Source: Leidyana gryllorum EB-2025a (taxonomy: Eukaryota; Protista; Apicomplexa). Taken from it: DNA of 64,000 bases. The stretch is taken from the NCBI GenBank assembly GCA_048772705.1, contig JBLWGC010000109.1:248001-312000 (forward strand), given 5' to 3'. Positions 32,975 through 45,084 of this stretch are shown one piece after another. Numbering within the stretch: position 1 is the first letter of the stretch; each line of letters opens with the position of its first letter. A program made the position numbers and the translations under genes. The notes under the pieces are model-generated. The model saw only the letters and a list, made by a program, of their open reading frames with translations, searched no databases and had not been told where the DNA came from.

Positions 32975-34285
32975 ATGAAGCTCGCGAGGCCGGCCTTGGA
33001 CTCATCCATTTATCTGTCTGGCGTCTTTGAATTTACAGAGATTACATGTAGCAATGCCGACCGAAAAATAAATTTAATGGTCACCACCGGCTCCCAGCAG
33101 CTCGTCTGGACCTTGCCCGATGGGAACTGGTTCTGGGAGGCTGATGAAGACTTATATAGCGACGTCTTCAAGCTGAGCGACGGATCCACGTGGCAATTTT
33201 GCCTTCGACCCTCGAGTCTTTGGCCATTGGATGAAGGGGCTACTCCAGTCCTTACGGATGGAGTCCAGCGATCAGACGATGACGACGAGAACTGGTTGGG
33301 GCTGTGGGTACAGCATCGGGAGGATCTTGACAAGAAAGCCCTCCAGATGTTCTATAATCTGGGGCTTCAGGACTCTGACGGTACCGAGCTTGCGGGTCAT
33401 TCTGATGTCTGGCTGCCTATATACCGCCGACAACTCAGAGGGTCTTATTGGTTCCTATGCTTGCGGAAAGCGAAGGAGGCGATGCGGTTGTGTCCTGGGC
33501 CGCTTCACGTGGTTTTCACCTGCAGCTTTAATACGAAAGCTGGGGATTTGAGCCCAATAAGGGCACAGTTGGCTGGGGGCAGCAGTCGGGATGTTATTCT
33601 TCGGGCGGGTAAATTCACCAAAAGGGTTCATTTCTCGGTGATTCCGAGTGAAGTGATGCGGGCGCTTGCTAAGCGGGTGGCGGTGAGCGGGAGTAAAGGA
33701 TCGTCTATTCCTGGTTGGAAAATTGACCTTTCTCCATACATCAAGTCGAAGGCCACGCTTCATCTTTTGGCCGACGTGCTATATACGCCCTCAGTAGCCG
33801 AGCTACGTCAAGCGGCGACTTCACAGCTTTGTGAACTCTTGGAGGTGTCGAAAGTCTGTGATCTCCGTCTTCTCCATGCAGCGGTGGAGCGGGCGATTCT
33901 GACATCCCCTAGAACGCTTACCCCGCGTAACTTGGCGGTGCTGGTGCCCGTTCTCCACTATAACGTGGAGTTTCAGAAGCTATTTTGGGGCTTTGTGCGG
34001 GAACGGGCCACATCGCCGGCCTGCTGGCAACAGACCATACCGATAATCAAAAATTCGATGCAGACAATGTGTTTCCAAGGGAGTCAGAAGAGCGTTCTCA
34101 GCGCGATTGCGCGACGTCCAAGACTTTGGTCCCAGAGCCTCCACGAAATACCTTTTGAGGACACTTACCTCGCGACGGCCATTGCCAACACTGTGCTGAA
34201 GGATCTCGAGCAACCGCAATCTGCCAAACCATTACCCGTCTGGAGATCGCTCCGGAAAACGAGTTTAGCTGTCGTAGCAGCATAG
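32975..34285 (+). CDS. MATH-BTB (SPOP-like) cullin-3 adaptor
   Basis: LVWTL..LYSDVF..WQFCLRP..WLGLWV (MATH); DVILRAG..RVH..SEVMRAL..LADVLYT..ELLEVSKVCDL (BTB). Confidence 0.75.
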   Translation: MKLARPALDSSIYLSGVFEFTEITCSNADRKINLMVTTGSQQLVWTLPDGNWFWEADEDLYSDVFKLSDGSTWQFCLRPSSLWPLDEGATPVLTDGVQRSDDDDENWLGLWVQHREDLDKKALQMFYNLGLQDSDGTELAGHSDVWLPIYRRQLRGSYWFLCLRKAKEAMRLCPGPLHVVFTCSFNTKAGDLSPIRAQLAGGSSRDVILRAGKFTKRVHFSVIPSEVMRALAKRVAVSGSKGSSIPGWKIDLSPYIKSKATLHLLADVLYTPSVAELRQAATSQLCELLEVSKVCDLRLLHAAVERAILTSPRTLTPRNLAVLVPVLHYNVEFQKLFWGFVRERATSPACWQQTIPIIKNSMQTMCFQGSQKSVLSAIARRPRLWSQSLHEIPFEDTYLATAIANTVLKDLEQPQSAKPLPVWRSLRKTSLAVVAA

Positions 34286-34400
34286 GCTAGCATACGAATC
34301 GAACAAGTCAATGTTAGATAGACACATCAAGCAGCAAAGAAACAGACAATCTGCCAACGAATTCCGAACGTGTCCGTTCACAGCCGTTATCACTCAACTG

Positions 34401-37171
34401 TCAAAAAAATCTTGATAAGAATCCGCGTTGGGATTCCTTCTCCAGACTTGCCTTTATGGCCGCCAATGACACCTCGAGGTCAACCTTCTCGTTCTCCACT
34501 GACGATAGTCTCGCTGTCGCTTGATCTTTCTCCATCTCGGCTGCCACAGCCGCTTTCTGCGCGGCCGCAGTCGCGCAATTCGCGCGTTCCAGATCAGTCC
34601 TGAGTTCGGCAACCTGCCGGGCATAGTCATCTGCTTGGGCATCCCTATCTCGCAGCATAGACAAATCTTCCTGAAGTCTCTGAATCCTCGATCTCAGCTC
34701 GTTGTTCTCCTCCTCGATGTTCGGTCGCGCCCTCATCGTGACCAGTTGCTGCGATAGAACGTCCTTCTCCTGCAGTGCCTCCTCCAGCAAAGCCTCAGTA
34801 TGTTTCTTCCCGTTCTCCAGATACTTAATTCGACCCTCCATCTCCGTCGCCTTAGCCCTCCACTCATCCACCGCACTCTTCAGCTGCATCTCCTCACCCT
34901 TCCAGGACTGCGACCTCATTTCCAATTCCTTCCGAACTTGGCTCTTGGCCATCTCGGACTCCGTCATTAGCGTTTGATTAAGCAGCAGTGCATTTTCCAG
35001 CTCGCCAGTGCAGCGCATATATTTGCTGCGTGTCTCTTGAAGCTCCATGCTCAGCTTCTTGAGCTCAACTCGAAGGTTCGACACCTGCTGATCCGTCTCT
35101 TGTTTACTTTGACTCAGCAGACCCAGTTTCTCTTCCAAAGCAGCGATAGCCTTCGCGTAATCCGCTGCCGAAGCAGTCATAGCCCTCTGGAATTCATGTT
35201 CCTGTTGGTGTAGCTGAGCCTTCATCTTATCATAGCTCGCTTTGCCTGTCTGGACCACTGCCAACGCCGCCTCCCTATCTCCTTCAGCCTTCTCAGTGGC
35301 ACGCTTGGCCAACTCCGCCTCCTCGTAGAGATGATCTATCTTCGCCTCGTACTCAGCACATTTCAGCTTCATCTGAGCCGCGAAGGACTCCTCGGCAGTC
35401 GCTGCGGACGCATAACTCACTTCCAGTTCCTTGACGTGATCCGCCTCTGCCTCATACGCCTCTTGCAGTTTCGCCTTCTGACCCTCCATTTCCGCCACGG
35501 CCTCCTTGGCGACTTGCAGTTCCTCCTCCACGGCCTTCTTCTCGGCTTCCAGCTTGGCAACGGCCTCTGTTTTGGCGACAATCGTGGCCTCCATCTCGGA
35601 GGTCGCCTTGGACACTGCCTCCTGAGCAGCTCTCAGAGCCTCCAACTCAGATTCCGCCTCCGTCTTGGCCTTCACAGCCGCGTCGCGCTCTTCTCGCAAA
35701 GTGGTCAATTGGTCTTCAGCGTCTTTCGCGCCCATCTCAAGTTTGGTGTTCAGTTCGGCCAGCTTGGACGCAGTCTCTTCCTTCTCCTTCCCCAACTCGG
35801 CCATCTCACTCTGCAGACGGACCAACTGGTCTTCAACGGCCGCCTTCGCCTTCTGAGCTTCCTCGAGTTTCCCCTCAGACTCCTTCTGCGCAGTCAGAGC
35901 CTCATCGAGTTTGGTCTTCATCTCTTGCTGAGCGGCATCGAGCTCCTTAAACTTTTCGATTTCGGCCTTAGCACTTTCAAGAGAAGAAACAAGAGCGTCC
36001 TTTTCCGCAGTCACAAGTTTGTGGTTATCGGAAAGAATCTGCAATTCAGATTTCCTCTGTTCCAACTCAGCCACGAAGCCTTCGCGTTCTGTGTTCCAGG
36101 CGGCACTCTGATCTCCAGAATCCTTCCTCAGAGTTTCGGATTCTTGCATCAACTTTTCAGTCTGTTCTTTAGCGTCCCGGAGTGCGTCCTGCACTTCTTG
36201 GACCCTCTGGGTGAGACTCTCCTTCTCAGCCGAGACTTTGCTCAGCTCAGTCGTCAGCCTCGTGACCTCCTCTGCCTTCTCACTGCCCTCGGCGAGCTTG
36301 GCATCTAAATCCTTCACCTTCTCCTCCAACTCTTGATTACGCGTCTTCAGAGCCGATGTGGCAGTCTCCTTCGTCTCCTGTGCCTCTTTCAACTTGGCCT
36401 CCAGCAACGATAAAAGATCCTCTTTCTCCTTTATGACGGCCGTTGTCGCCGAGTTCTTCTCGTTGAGAGCCTCCAAGGTCGCCTTAATGGCCCCCATTTG
36501 CTCAACCAGACGGACATTCTCCAACTTTACATCGTTGAGCTCCACCAGAGCTGTCTCACGCTCAGTTTCGGCCGCTTGGATCGTGCTCTGAGCAGATTCC
36601 AGGTCTGTATTAAGGATCTCCTTCTCAAGCTGCATTTCCTTGGCCAATTCCTCGTGCTTCTGAATGACTTGAACGAGCTTCTCAGACGACTCCAAGGCAT
36701 TCTGTGTCTTGATGGCCATCCTTTCCATCTCTGCGGCATGTTCTTCTTTCAGTTGCTTAATTCGATCATTGTGTTCCTCTTCGACCGAGGCCAGCTGTTC
36801 ACGAAGCCGAGCAACCTCAGCTTCTACCGCGCTGCTGTCCCCGTTATTGGAGGTCTCAGCAGCTGCACTCTCGACAACAGAAGATGTGGCGTCTTCTTCA
36901 CCTCCTTCGACCACTGCTGGCGTAGCTGAAGACACATATACAAGGGCAAACAGGACCACACACGCGTCCGAGCACACACGGAAACACATATAGGTGTGGG
37001 AGACTTACTGTCTGGGATCCCGGATGAACTTGTGGCATCGGCTACTGGGGAAACCGGAGCTTCTTCAGCTTGTTGTTGCGGCTCGGAGGGAGCAGCGGGG
37101 CCACCAGGCTGTCGGTTCGGCCCCTTCTTCTGATTAGCTTTGGCACGGTGCTTTGGCTTAGCGGGGGGCAT
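34401..37171 (-). CDS. Long E/K/A-rich coiled-coil protein (golgin/Uso1/myosin-tail-like), one intron ~37008-36925
   Basis: Heptad-rich frame of more than 800 aa; ends GFLSRFF; gtaagt...cttcag intron links it to the MPPAKPK exon. Confidence 0.82.
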
Positions 37172-37204
37172 TGAGGGCAGCTTTTTATTTCCAAAAAGGT
37201 CTAG

Positions 37205-38459
37205 TCATAGTGGATAGAATGAGGGAGGTTGGTTCGGTTGCTGTTGTACGTAGTAGGACATCGGGGGATAAATATGGGAAGGGGCCAAAGGGGAGGGTTC
37301 CAAGGACTTGGCGACTACTCTGTGTCGTGGAACCACCGGGAAGGGTGGCAATAACGTCTTAGTTTCTGTCCTGGTGACGGCCGGGGCTATGTAGGGTCGA
37401 GGTACCGACTGCGTCCGCGGCAACGTGGGAAGGGGAGCGCCACGTCCATGACAGCACTGTGAACAGGTGCAACTGGTGTCGGACTTTGTCGACTCCATCG
37501 CTGTCGACTCCTTGGCCAAAATCGAACCGTCCGAAGAAAGAGCGGCACTGCGTCGAGGTGACGAAGCGGACACCATGTTCATCGACAGCCTGACAGAACT
37601 CAGTGGGGTCAAGAGCTCACGACTGTCCGGCAAAGTCAAAAAGCGCTTCTTCTTTCCAACCCGTGGTGTATTCCCACGATCTTGTTGAGATTCTCTCTCG
37701 GCTGCTTCTCCGGCTGCAGCTTCCCCTTCGACTTGCTGAACGGGATTCCGAGCTCTGAGTCGCTTTCGGATGACCATCATTACTATCTTCCCGATCCAAC
37801 TTTGACACACTTGGTGTGGCAAGTCGAGGATCTCTCTGGGTATGCCTCGTCCTTGGAGCAAGAATTTGCAAACCTTATCGGAGAAGTTGTTGCAATTCCG
37901 ATTCTCAATATCATAGGTTTCCGGAGTGAATTCTTGGCATACGGATAGTAGGAACCTATTACACAGCGTCAACCGGTACATTGACACACAGGGAACGGGG
38001 GGTAGGACGGGGCGGGGCGAGTCGTGGCAGAGACCGCGACAACCGGAATATACGGGAATTGGGCTCTTTCAATTACCTTCTCAATTCGTCTTCTGACTTG
38101 TCCGTGTTACCGAGTTCAATGACCTTCACGGGTGGCATCCGGAAGTGCCTTTCGACCTCTTCTGGAGGAATTCTGTTGATATACGCACCTGAAGAGGAGA
38201 CACGTTGTCGACAGCCAAACACACACGTGTGCAGTGGGCCTTTGTCTTACCCCAGAACCACTCATATCCGAATACGTAGATAGCTGTATGCCAAATGCCC
38301 TCAATGGGGTTCCACATGAAGAAGGGAGCCCATCTTGCGACACTGGGAATTGAGGTCAGCTGCGGACTCTTTGCGAGTATACTTCACTTACTTGCCGCTG
38401 CTGAGGTCGTAGATGCGGAGGGCTACTGGGTGGTAGCGGTCCTCGGTATCCCTCCACAT
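37205..38459 (-). CDS. DESI1: PPPDE/DeSI desumoylating/deubiquitinating peptidase, multi-exon
   Basis: VALRIYDLS, GIWHTAIYVFGYEWFWG, YDIENRNCNNFS, GIPREILDLP; catalytic His and Cys present. Confidence 0.9.
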
Positions 38460-38525
38460 TCACATATAGAAAAGCTGGTGAGCCCCCACTCTCTATAAGA
38501 TCAAGTGCACCTGTTATTTTAGTCA

Positions 38526-40925
38526 ATGAATGGAGAGCTGGAGGACGTTGCCTTGGGTTTCGCTACGTCATGGAGTCAACTGGGTGCGTATTGTGAGAAG
38601 CCTGGGGGTTTTGGGCTCGCCACCGGTACGCCTTCCGCTGACGGGGAAGGAAGATGCTGAGGCCACTGGGAAGGGCCCACGTAGTACCCGTTACCCTTTT
38701 TCTTCTCTCCTTAAGCATGGTTCCCCGAGTCAGGTCTATGTTGGGGGAACAGTACTCTTCTGTTTCGTACTTCTGGTCTTACAAGTACTGCACGGGCACC
38801 CCTCTGCCAAAACTGCTACCCACTTAAGAAGACTCAATGCGGGCTTATCTCCGCCAAGCAGGTCCGAGTCGTTCCATCAGGACACTGAGTATAGTACCGC
38901 GGATCGCGGGGCAGACGAGGATGATGATGAGCAGTATCCACTTGGCGAGTCGACTCGTCTTCAGAGTCGATGGTGTAACACTGGAGAGGCTTTCCAGCAG
39001 ATGACCGAATCGCTTCTCGACAATGCTCACGTGGATGCTCCCCCACTGGTCTATATTGAAGACTTTGACACATTGCCATCTGAGTGTCGCACTATACCCG
39101 ACATCGCTGATGCAATCGCAAACGACGACGCCGATGCCTTATGGCGTGACCTCCAGTGTACTTCGAGAGATATTAGACAAAGCCTTGGCCAGCATCCCAC
39201 CTTCCAGCCGATCACCATCGGCATCAGCACCCAACTTAACAAGATATCATACGCTGACATACCATCAGGAACTTGGAGCATAATGGTCACACAATGGTAT
39301 CTGTGGACTGATTATCGGCTCCTATTCAACGGAACTGAGGTGTGCGACTACTGGGACTTCAATACTGACTTCCTCCAAGTGCCCATAGACAGAATGATAC
39401 ACAGCTCCGTTTGGAGCCCTGATATGTTCACTCTCAACTCTGCTGATATGGATACGTGGGCCAGCTCTATGGGGCGTATGGAGCAAGCTCGAATCTACGA
39501 CAGCACATTCTACAAACGATTTGGATATAACATGGCTTGGCGCTCAACCCTCACTGTGCGAGCTGTGTGCGACTTTGATCTGAGCCGCTTTCCCTTTGAC
39601 GAACAAGTTTGTTCTGGAATATGGGGTCCCATGGCACACGAAACCATGTACTCCCGTCTCCACCCCCGAGCATTCCCTATGATCCACAATTCGACGGTCA
39701 GAACCTCAGACTGGAATCACCGTCGCTCTGTATTTATATTTCAACAATTCGGAGCCGCTATCGACTTGCGTATCGTTGACTACGACCTCAGTGTCAGCAA
39801 TCGACCTCTCAACCCCACTGAAGAACGCCGTAAGCTTGTGTGTACCCATTGTGTAAGGCCGACATTGCCAAATCCATAGACAATCTACTGGGAGAGAATG
39901 TACCATACGTCGAACTCATGATCCACTTCCAGCGTCAAGGTACATTCTACATGATGAACTTTATCTTACCGATGACCACCATGTGGCTATTGGCCTACAT
40001 TACCTTTTTCCTTCCCTTTGAAGAGTGAGTTCCAATGAATGTGGTTTTCGTGGTTCCAAATTGTGGACCACGGACTCTTATTTCGGCAAGCACAAAGCCC
40101 GGTGAATGATCGTTTTCGATTTCAGTCATGATCGCCTCGAGATCATCACCTCTGTGGTTTGGACTAATACCGCTATAATGTTTCTGACCGCCGCGACGCG
40201 TCCTGCGAATTTTGTGGATGCATGGATTGATGTATTCCAGGCTGGTAGTTTGGTGCTTTGTATGTTTCCTGCTATGGAAGCGGTGCTGGTAGCACGGTTG
40301 CAGGCCCATATCCAGGAGCGGTGAGCCTCTGGCAGAGGATGTCATTTATTCGTTGCCCTTCCTATCTTAGACTGGATCAACTTCACGCTGCCTATGAGCA
40401 TTCGCGGGCGAAGTACAAGGCGAAGATGCGCCAGCTGCATTTGTTCGAGCTGCAAGAAGAATATCTGAACAAAGAAGCAGCCGGCACAGGTAGGGAGCAG
40501 AGTGTCACCGCACTCGTGTGTGTCGTTCGGAGACATCATGATTTGTTGCAGGCCTGTTGGCTTGTAGAAGGTCTGTTTTGTCGGACAATAGGACGGGAAC
40601 ATCCCCCGTAGACAATGATACCGGGTTAGCCGGTCCGGATCCAAGTGCGATTTACGCGTCAGGGGCGAAAGTATGGTACCCTTCTTCGATTCCAGGAGAG
40701 TCTGCATCTTTCTCCAACACAACGGTTTCGGAGTGGGATGAATATGACGCGTTCATACCACCACCCCCACCACAGACGGACTCATTTGCCTTGTCGAATT
40801 TCATTGATCGAGCTTGTCAAATCAGCTATCCAGGTTTGATCTTAGCGTTCCTAGCGACTCGTTTCGCGCCCCTTCGGTCGGCTGGTAGGCGTGTTGGGTC
40901 TGAGTTTCTCGCACATCTTTATTAA
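38526..40925 (+). CDS. Cys-loop pentameric ligand-gated ion channel subunit, multi-exon
   Basis: WTDYRL, VWSPDM, CDFDLSRFPFDEQVC (C-x13-C, 39568-39612), pre-M1 RQGTFYMMNFILP, M2 DRLEIITSVVWT..RP, M3, M4 IDRACQISYP; introns (e.g. 40025-40125, 40321-40370) keep frame; exact start uncertain. Confidence 0.9.
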
Positions 40926-40946
40926 GGCTCCGGAGTGACGGGTGTG

Positions 40947-41741
40947 ATGACGATTCTGAGGGGAATGACCATTGCGACGACGACATTGGGGTCGGTCATA
41001 GTTTGTACTTTTGCTTCGTTGTGGGCTTTGGCTATTCTGTCCTACGTAAGGCGGCTAAGGGTGGACACATTTGTTGTTTGGGTGATAGATGATGAGGCTT
41101 TTTCCGAGTCGGTTCACTTCGCTCTTAAGTCATCTCAAGCAGCATGAAGACTGATTTGTTAGATGCTTTTCGGTAGTGTGGCAGGTAGTGTTGAGAGTAA
41201 AAGAGTGCGATTCGCTGAGTCCTCTCGCAATTCGAGCACATTCTGGTTTTCGTCTAAGCAAAGATGCCCCCAAGGCGACAGAGAGGAGCAGCCTCCCCCG
41301 ATCGCGACGACGACGACCGAATCTGATACCGATGATATGTCAGTCAATGATGAGGAAGAGGAGGAAGCACAAGAGGGCTATGTTTCCGACACTGAATCCG
41401 AGGGAACAGCTAGCTTCAGAGGCGACACACTCGACGATGACAGTGGCTTCTGTGCTAGCGGATCGGATTCGGATTATGCTAGAGCGGAAGTCCCTCCGAG
41501 CAAGTTCGGCATGTCAGGCTACAGGCTGAACAAGCTCACTACCCTCTTACCTGGACAGCTCCCACGCCGCGCGGAGACTGTGCGTCTCGATGGGAGCCCA
41601 ACTGTTGGCGCTAGAAATAGGATCAGAGCACGAAACAACAAGGGACCAGAAGCGGAACCATATACTCGCGGACAGAATGCCACTGATGAAGGTGCCGCGT
41701 ACTTTGACTTCCCACTAATCTCCAAAGAGAAGCTAACGTAA
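40947..41741 (+). CDS. Single-TM protein with acidic disordered tail and RVxF motif; intron ~41112-41162
   Basis: Hydrophobic VIVCTFASLWALAILSY; phase-0 intron joins it to the 41163 ORF; KRVRF. Confidence 0.55.
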
Positions 41742-43075
41742 TGATCCACATCTCAGCGTTACTTTGACTTTCTCTGGTCTCTCCAGTTCTATTCGCCAAG
41801 ATTGCTGGCGGCCCCGATTCAATCAATCCTTTGAGGGAGACCTGTCCGATTTTCACTGTCCGTACAATGTTGCCTGGGAAATTGGCAAACGTGGTGAGGA
41901 AGTTACACCTAACTCAGTCACTATCTGACGGATCGCCTCTATTGTAGGTTGTGTGGCATTCCAGCGCCTTCCACGCTCAAGTCTGTTTTTCATGCTGAAG
42001 CGAAAGTATGCTGTCCGCTTTCTCACCATGGATGGCACTGATGCCAGTGAGTTACAGTTTCACGGACACATCCAAGCTGTCGACAGTTTCCTTCCTTACT
42101 GTGTACAAGGTGCGCCTTGACAAGAGTGGGTACCCGATGAAGTGCGCGGTCTTTAGGTGGGTTTATCCACGTCGCTCTTCCACATTGGGTTGATTGATCT
42201 ACAGTGCTGTCGATCTCCTTCATGCCATATGGGACCCGGTGGAGGGTTCTGTCAGGTTGGAATTCTTTGAAGTGAGTTGCTGCAGAGATTGCTTCACACC
42301 GGTACGATGTTCCCCAGCGACGAGACAGACTGAGGTGGCGGCTGCGACGCGAAGTACTAAAATGTCTGCCTTGGAACTTTTTCGAGGCCATGATTGTGTG
42401 TCTAAGGTGACTTATCGATCCACAATCTCCACCGCCTTGTGTGTGCTATTGTCCACACACACGGAGACGCCCAGCTCATGCGAATTATGATGCAGGGAAC
42501 TGATGATATGGTGGGCTGTGAGCCAGACATTGGAAGAGACCAAGAATGAGCAAACTCTCACACACCGACAAAAGGTGGAGGAGAGCGGAATGAGCGCGGG
42601 ACAGGGTGGCCCAGCATTACCGTAAGGGGACTGCCTGGTCGGAGCGATGGACATCGATTTTGCGTCTCTAGGTATGGAGATGCGAACGAGGCGGGAGGTC
42701 GCGGAGGTGGTGAAGAAACAAGTGTGCCGGTGCCGGTATCACTAAATGCTGGAACGAACAGGAATAGGTCGAGGGCGTATGCCGTCCCTCAAGTACACCA
42801 AATGATGATGAGATGGCGACAAGCCAAATTTGCTGCATCCTTGCAGAGTGGTGTGACCGGAAGCTCGCGCAGAGCTTCAACGTCGGAGTCAGCTCAGGCT
42901 TTGGAGGATTCCGGGATCATCAGGACGAATGGTACTGGAGCTAACAATGTCTTAACCGGATTCACCAATGGAGTGGGCGACACTCGTTATGTCCTTACAA
43001 GTTAGATAGCCTCATAATTTAATTCCTCAATTTCACACCAACTAAGCCCACTGCATTCATCGCATCACTGTCAGA

Positions 43076-43870
43076 ATGGAAGGAGTCGACAAGCAACCCC
43101 ACATCCACTTGACCAAGGCGCAGATCCGCCCAGTGGTCATTGTTGTTGGGGATCCGGGCCGCGTTGAACTTTTTGCCCAGGCCACTGATAAGAGCGTTGA
43201 AATTGCTTACAACAGAGAATATCGTACCTTCGACTGCGAGTATAAGGGTCAGAAGTTCCTTATCACCTCTCATGGCATCGGTTCCGCCGGTTGCGCGATC
43301 TGTTTCCGTGAATTGATCCATCTGGGAGCTAAAGTGATCTTCCGTGCCGGAACTGCAGGCTCCCTGAAGACAGATCAATTCAAGCAGGGGGACATTGCTA
43401 TCTGTCACTCTGCGGCCAAAGAGGACGGGGTGTCCTATCTGAGCGAGCCGCAGGGCATTCCCGCCGTCGCGGATTGGGACGTTACTCAGGTAAGTCGACA
43501 TGACTGTCAATCTGCCGAAAATAGTACATAACAGGTTCTTCGTGAGGCGGCCAAGGCCAATGACATTGATGCCAAACTGGCCATCTCACTGTCATCTGAT
43601 CTTTTCTATCCCCCAGTTGGAGGGAATTCTACACTCGCTACCTTCAGGGACTGCGGCGTCCAGGTTGTAGAGATGGAGGCTTCCACCCTGTACACAGTGG
43701 CTCGTCAAAGCGGCATTAAGGCTGGTTGCATCGTTGCAATTGATGGGAGTCCGTTTGGTTGGAATAGTGGCGATTACGATCCAAGTGGCAAGAAGATGAA
43801 TGAGGCCAAAATCAAGATGCGCACCATCGCTCTGGATGCAGCGGCCACCCTCGCGGCTCAATATGTTTGA
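43076..43870 (+). CDS. PNP: Purine nucleoside phosphorylase (PNP/UDP family, apicomplexan type), copy 1; intron 43490-43534
   Basis: VGDPGRV, NREY, SHGIGSAG, RAGTAGS, SDLFY, VEME, IDGSPFGW. Confidence 0.93.
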
Positions 43871-44005
43871 CCATCCCCACCCCAAATTTCCTTTCATTAC
43901 TTTGTAAGCCAATCCCAAGAACCTTCTGGCAGGATGAGCGAACACAAGCATCCTCCACATTTTTCTTCTTTTTCGACTAAATCAACATTGACCAATACCG
44001 CATTG

Positions 44006-44044
44006 ATACCGAGCAAACACGTGTTATACCGAGCAAACACATGT
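44006..44044. repeat. Direct repeat ATACCGAGCAAACAC(G/A)TGT x2, 20-nt period, between the PNP copies
   Basis: Directly visible. Confidence 0.85.
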
Positions 44045-44256
44045 GTGCTGTGAAATCATGGGGATAGATTCGGTTGCCAAGTGGACAACAGTCACATAGG
44101 TCAGTTTCACAAAAGATCGTGGGTTGGGTCAAGTCAGGGTGATGTGAGACGGAATCGGGACAGCTTAAGGACTCGTGTCCACACAAGTTGGGAAGAGCCG
44201 TTCTGTCTCGTTCGGCTCAGATTGCCTTGGAGAAACACAAGCGTACCTAATTCATC

Positions 44257-45055
44257 ATGGAAGGAGTCGACAAGCAACCCCACATCCACTTGACCAAGGC
44301 GCAGATCCGCCCAGTGGTCATTGTTGTTGGGGATCCGGGCCGCGTTGAACTTTTTGCACAGGCCGCTGATAAGAGCGTTGAAATTGCTTACAACAGAGAA
44401 TATCGTACCTTCGACTGCGAGTATAAGGGTCAGAAGTTCCTTATCACCTCTCATGGCATCGGTTCCGCCGGTTGCGCGATCTGTTTCCGTGAACTGATCC
44501 ATCTGGGAGCTAAAGTGATCTTCCGTGCCGGAACTGCGGGGGCGCTCAAGACCGATCGGTTCAAACAGGGGGACATTGCTATCTGTCACTCTGCTGCCAA
44601 AGAGGACGGGGTGTCTTATCTCAGCGAACCGCAGGGCATTCCTGCTGTTGCCGATTGGGATGTCACTCAGGTACGGCAGGAGAGGCAGGCGTCTATTGCT
44701 CCATTGTGTGTTCTAACAGGTGTTGAAAGAGGCTGCTGCAGCTAATGGCATTACTGCTAAATTGGCCATCACCCTTTCTTCGGACCTCTTTTACCCTCCC
44801 GTGGGTGGCAAGTCTAATCTCGCAGTCCATCGTGACTGTGGTGTAGAAGTGGTCGAAATGGAGGCGTCGACTCTGTATACGGTTGCCCGTCAAGCTGGCA
44901 TCAAGGCCGGCTGCATTGTGGCCATCGATGGCAGTCCATTTGGGTGGAACAGTGGGGATTATGACCCGACTGGGCAACGTATGCAGGAAGCCAAACTCAA
45001 GATGCGCACCATTGTCTTGGACGCCGCCGCCACCTTGGCCAGTCAGCACGCATGA
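44257..45055 (+). CDS. PNP: Purine nucleoside phosphorylase, copy 2; intron 44671-44719
   Basis: Same motifs and intron position as copy 1. Confidence 0.93.
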
Positions 45056-45084
45056 TCAATTGTCCACCAGCTTTGTGAATTAAA

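Noticed and set aside
35331-36308. Long antisense ORFs (also 5068-6111, 14751-15431) and the alternative-frame ORF 9227-10051
   Set aside because: Shadows of biased coding sequence; no independent protein signal
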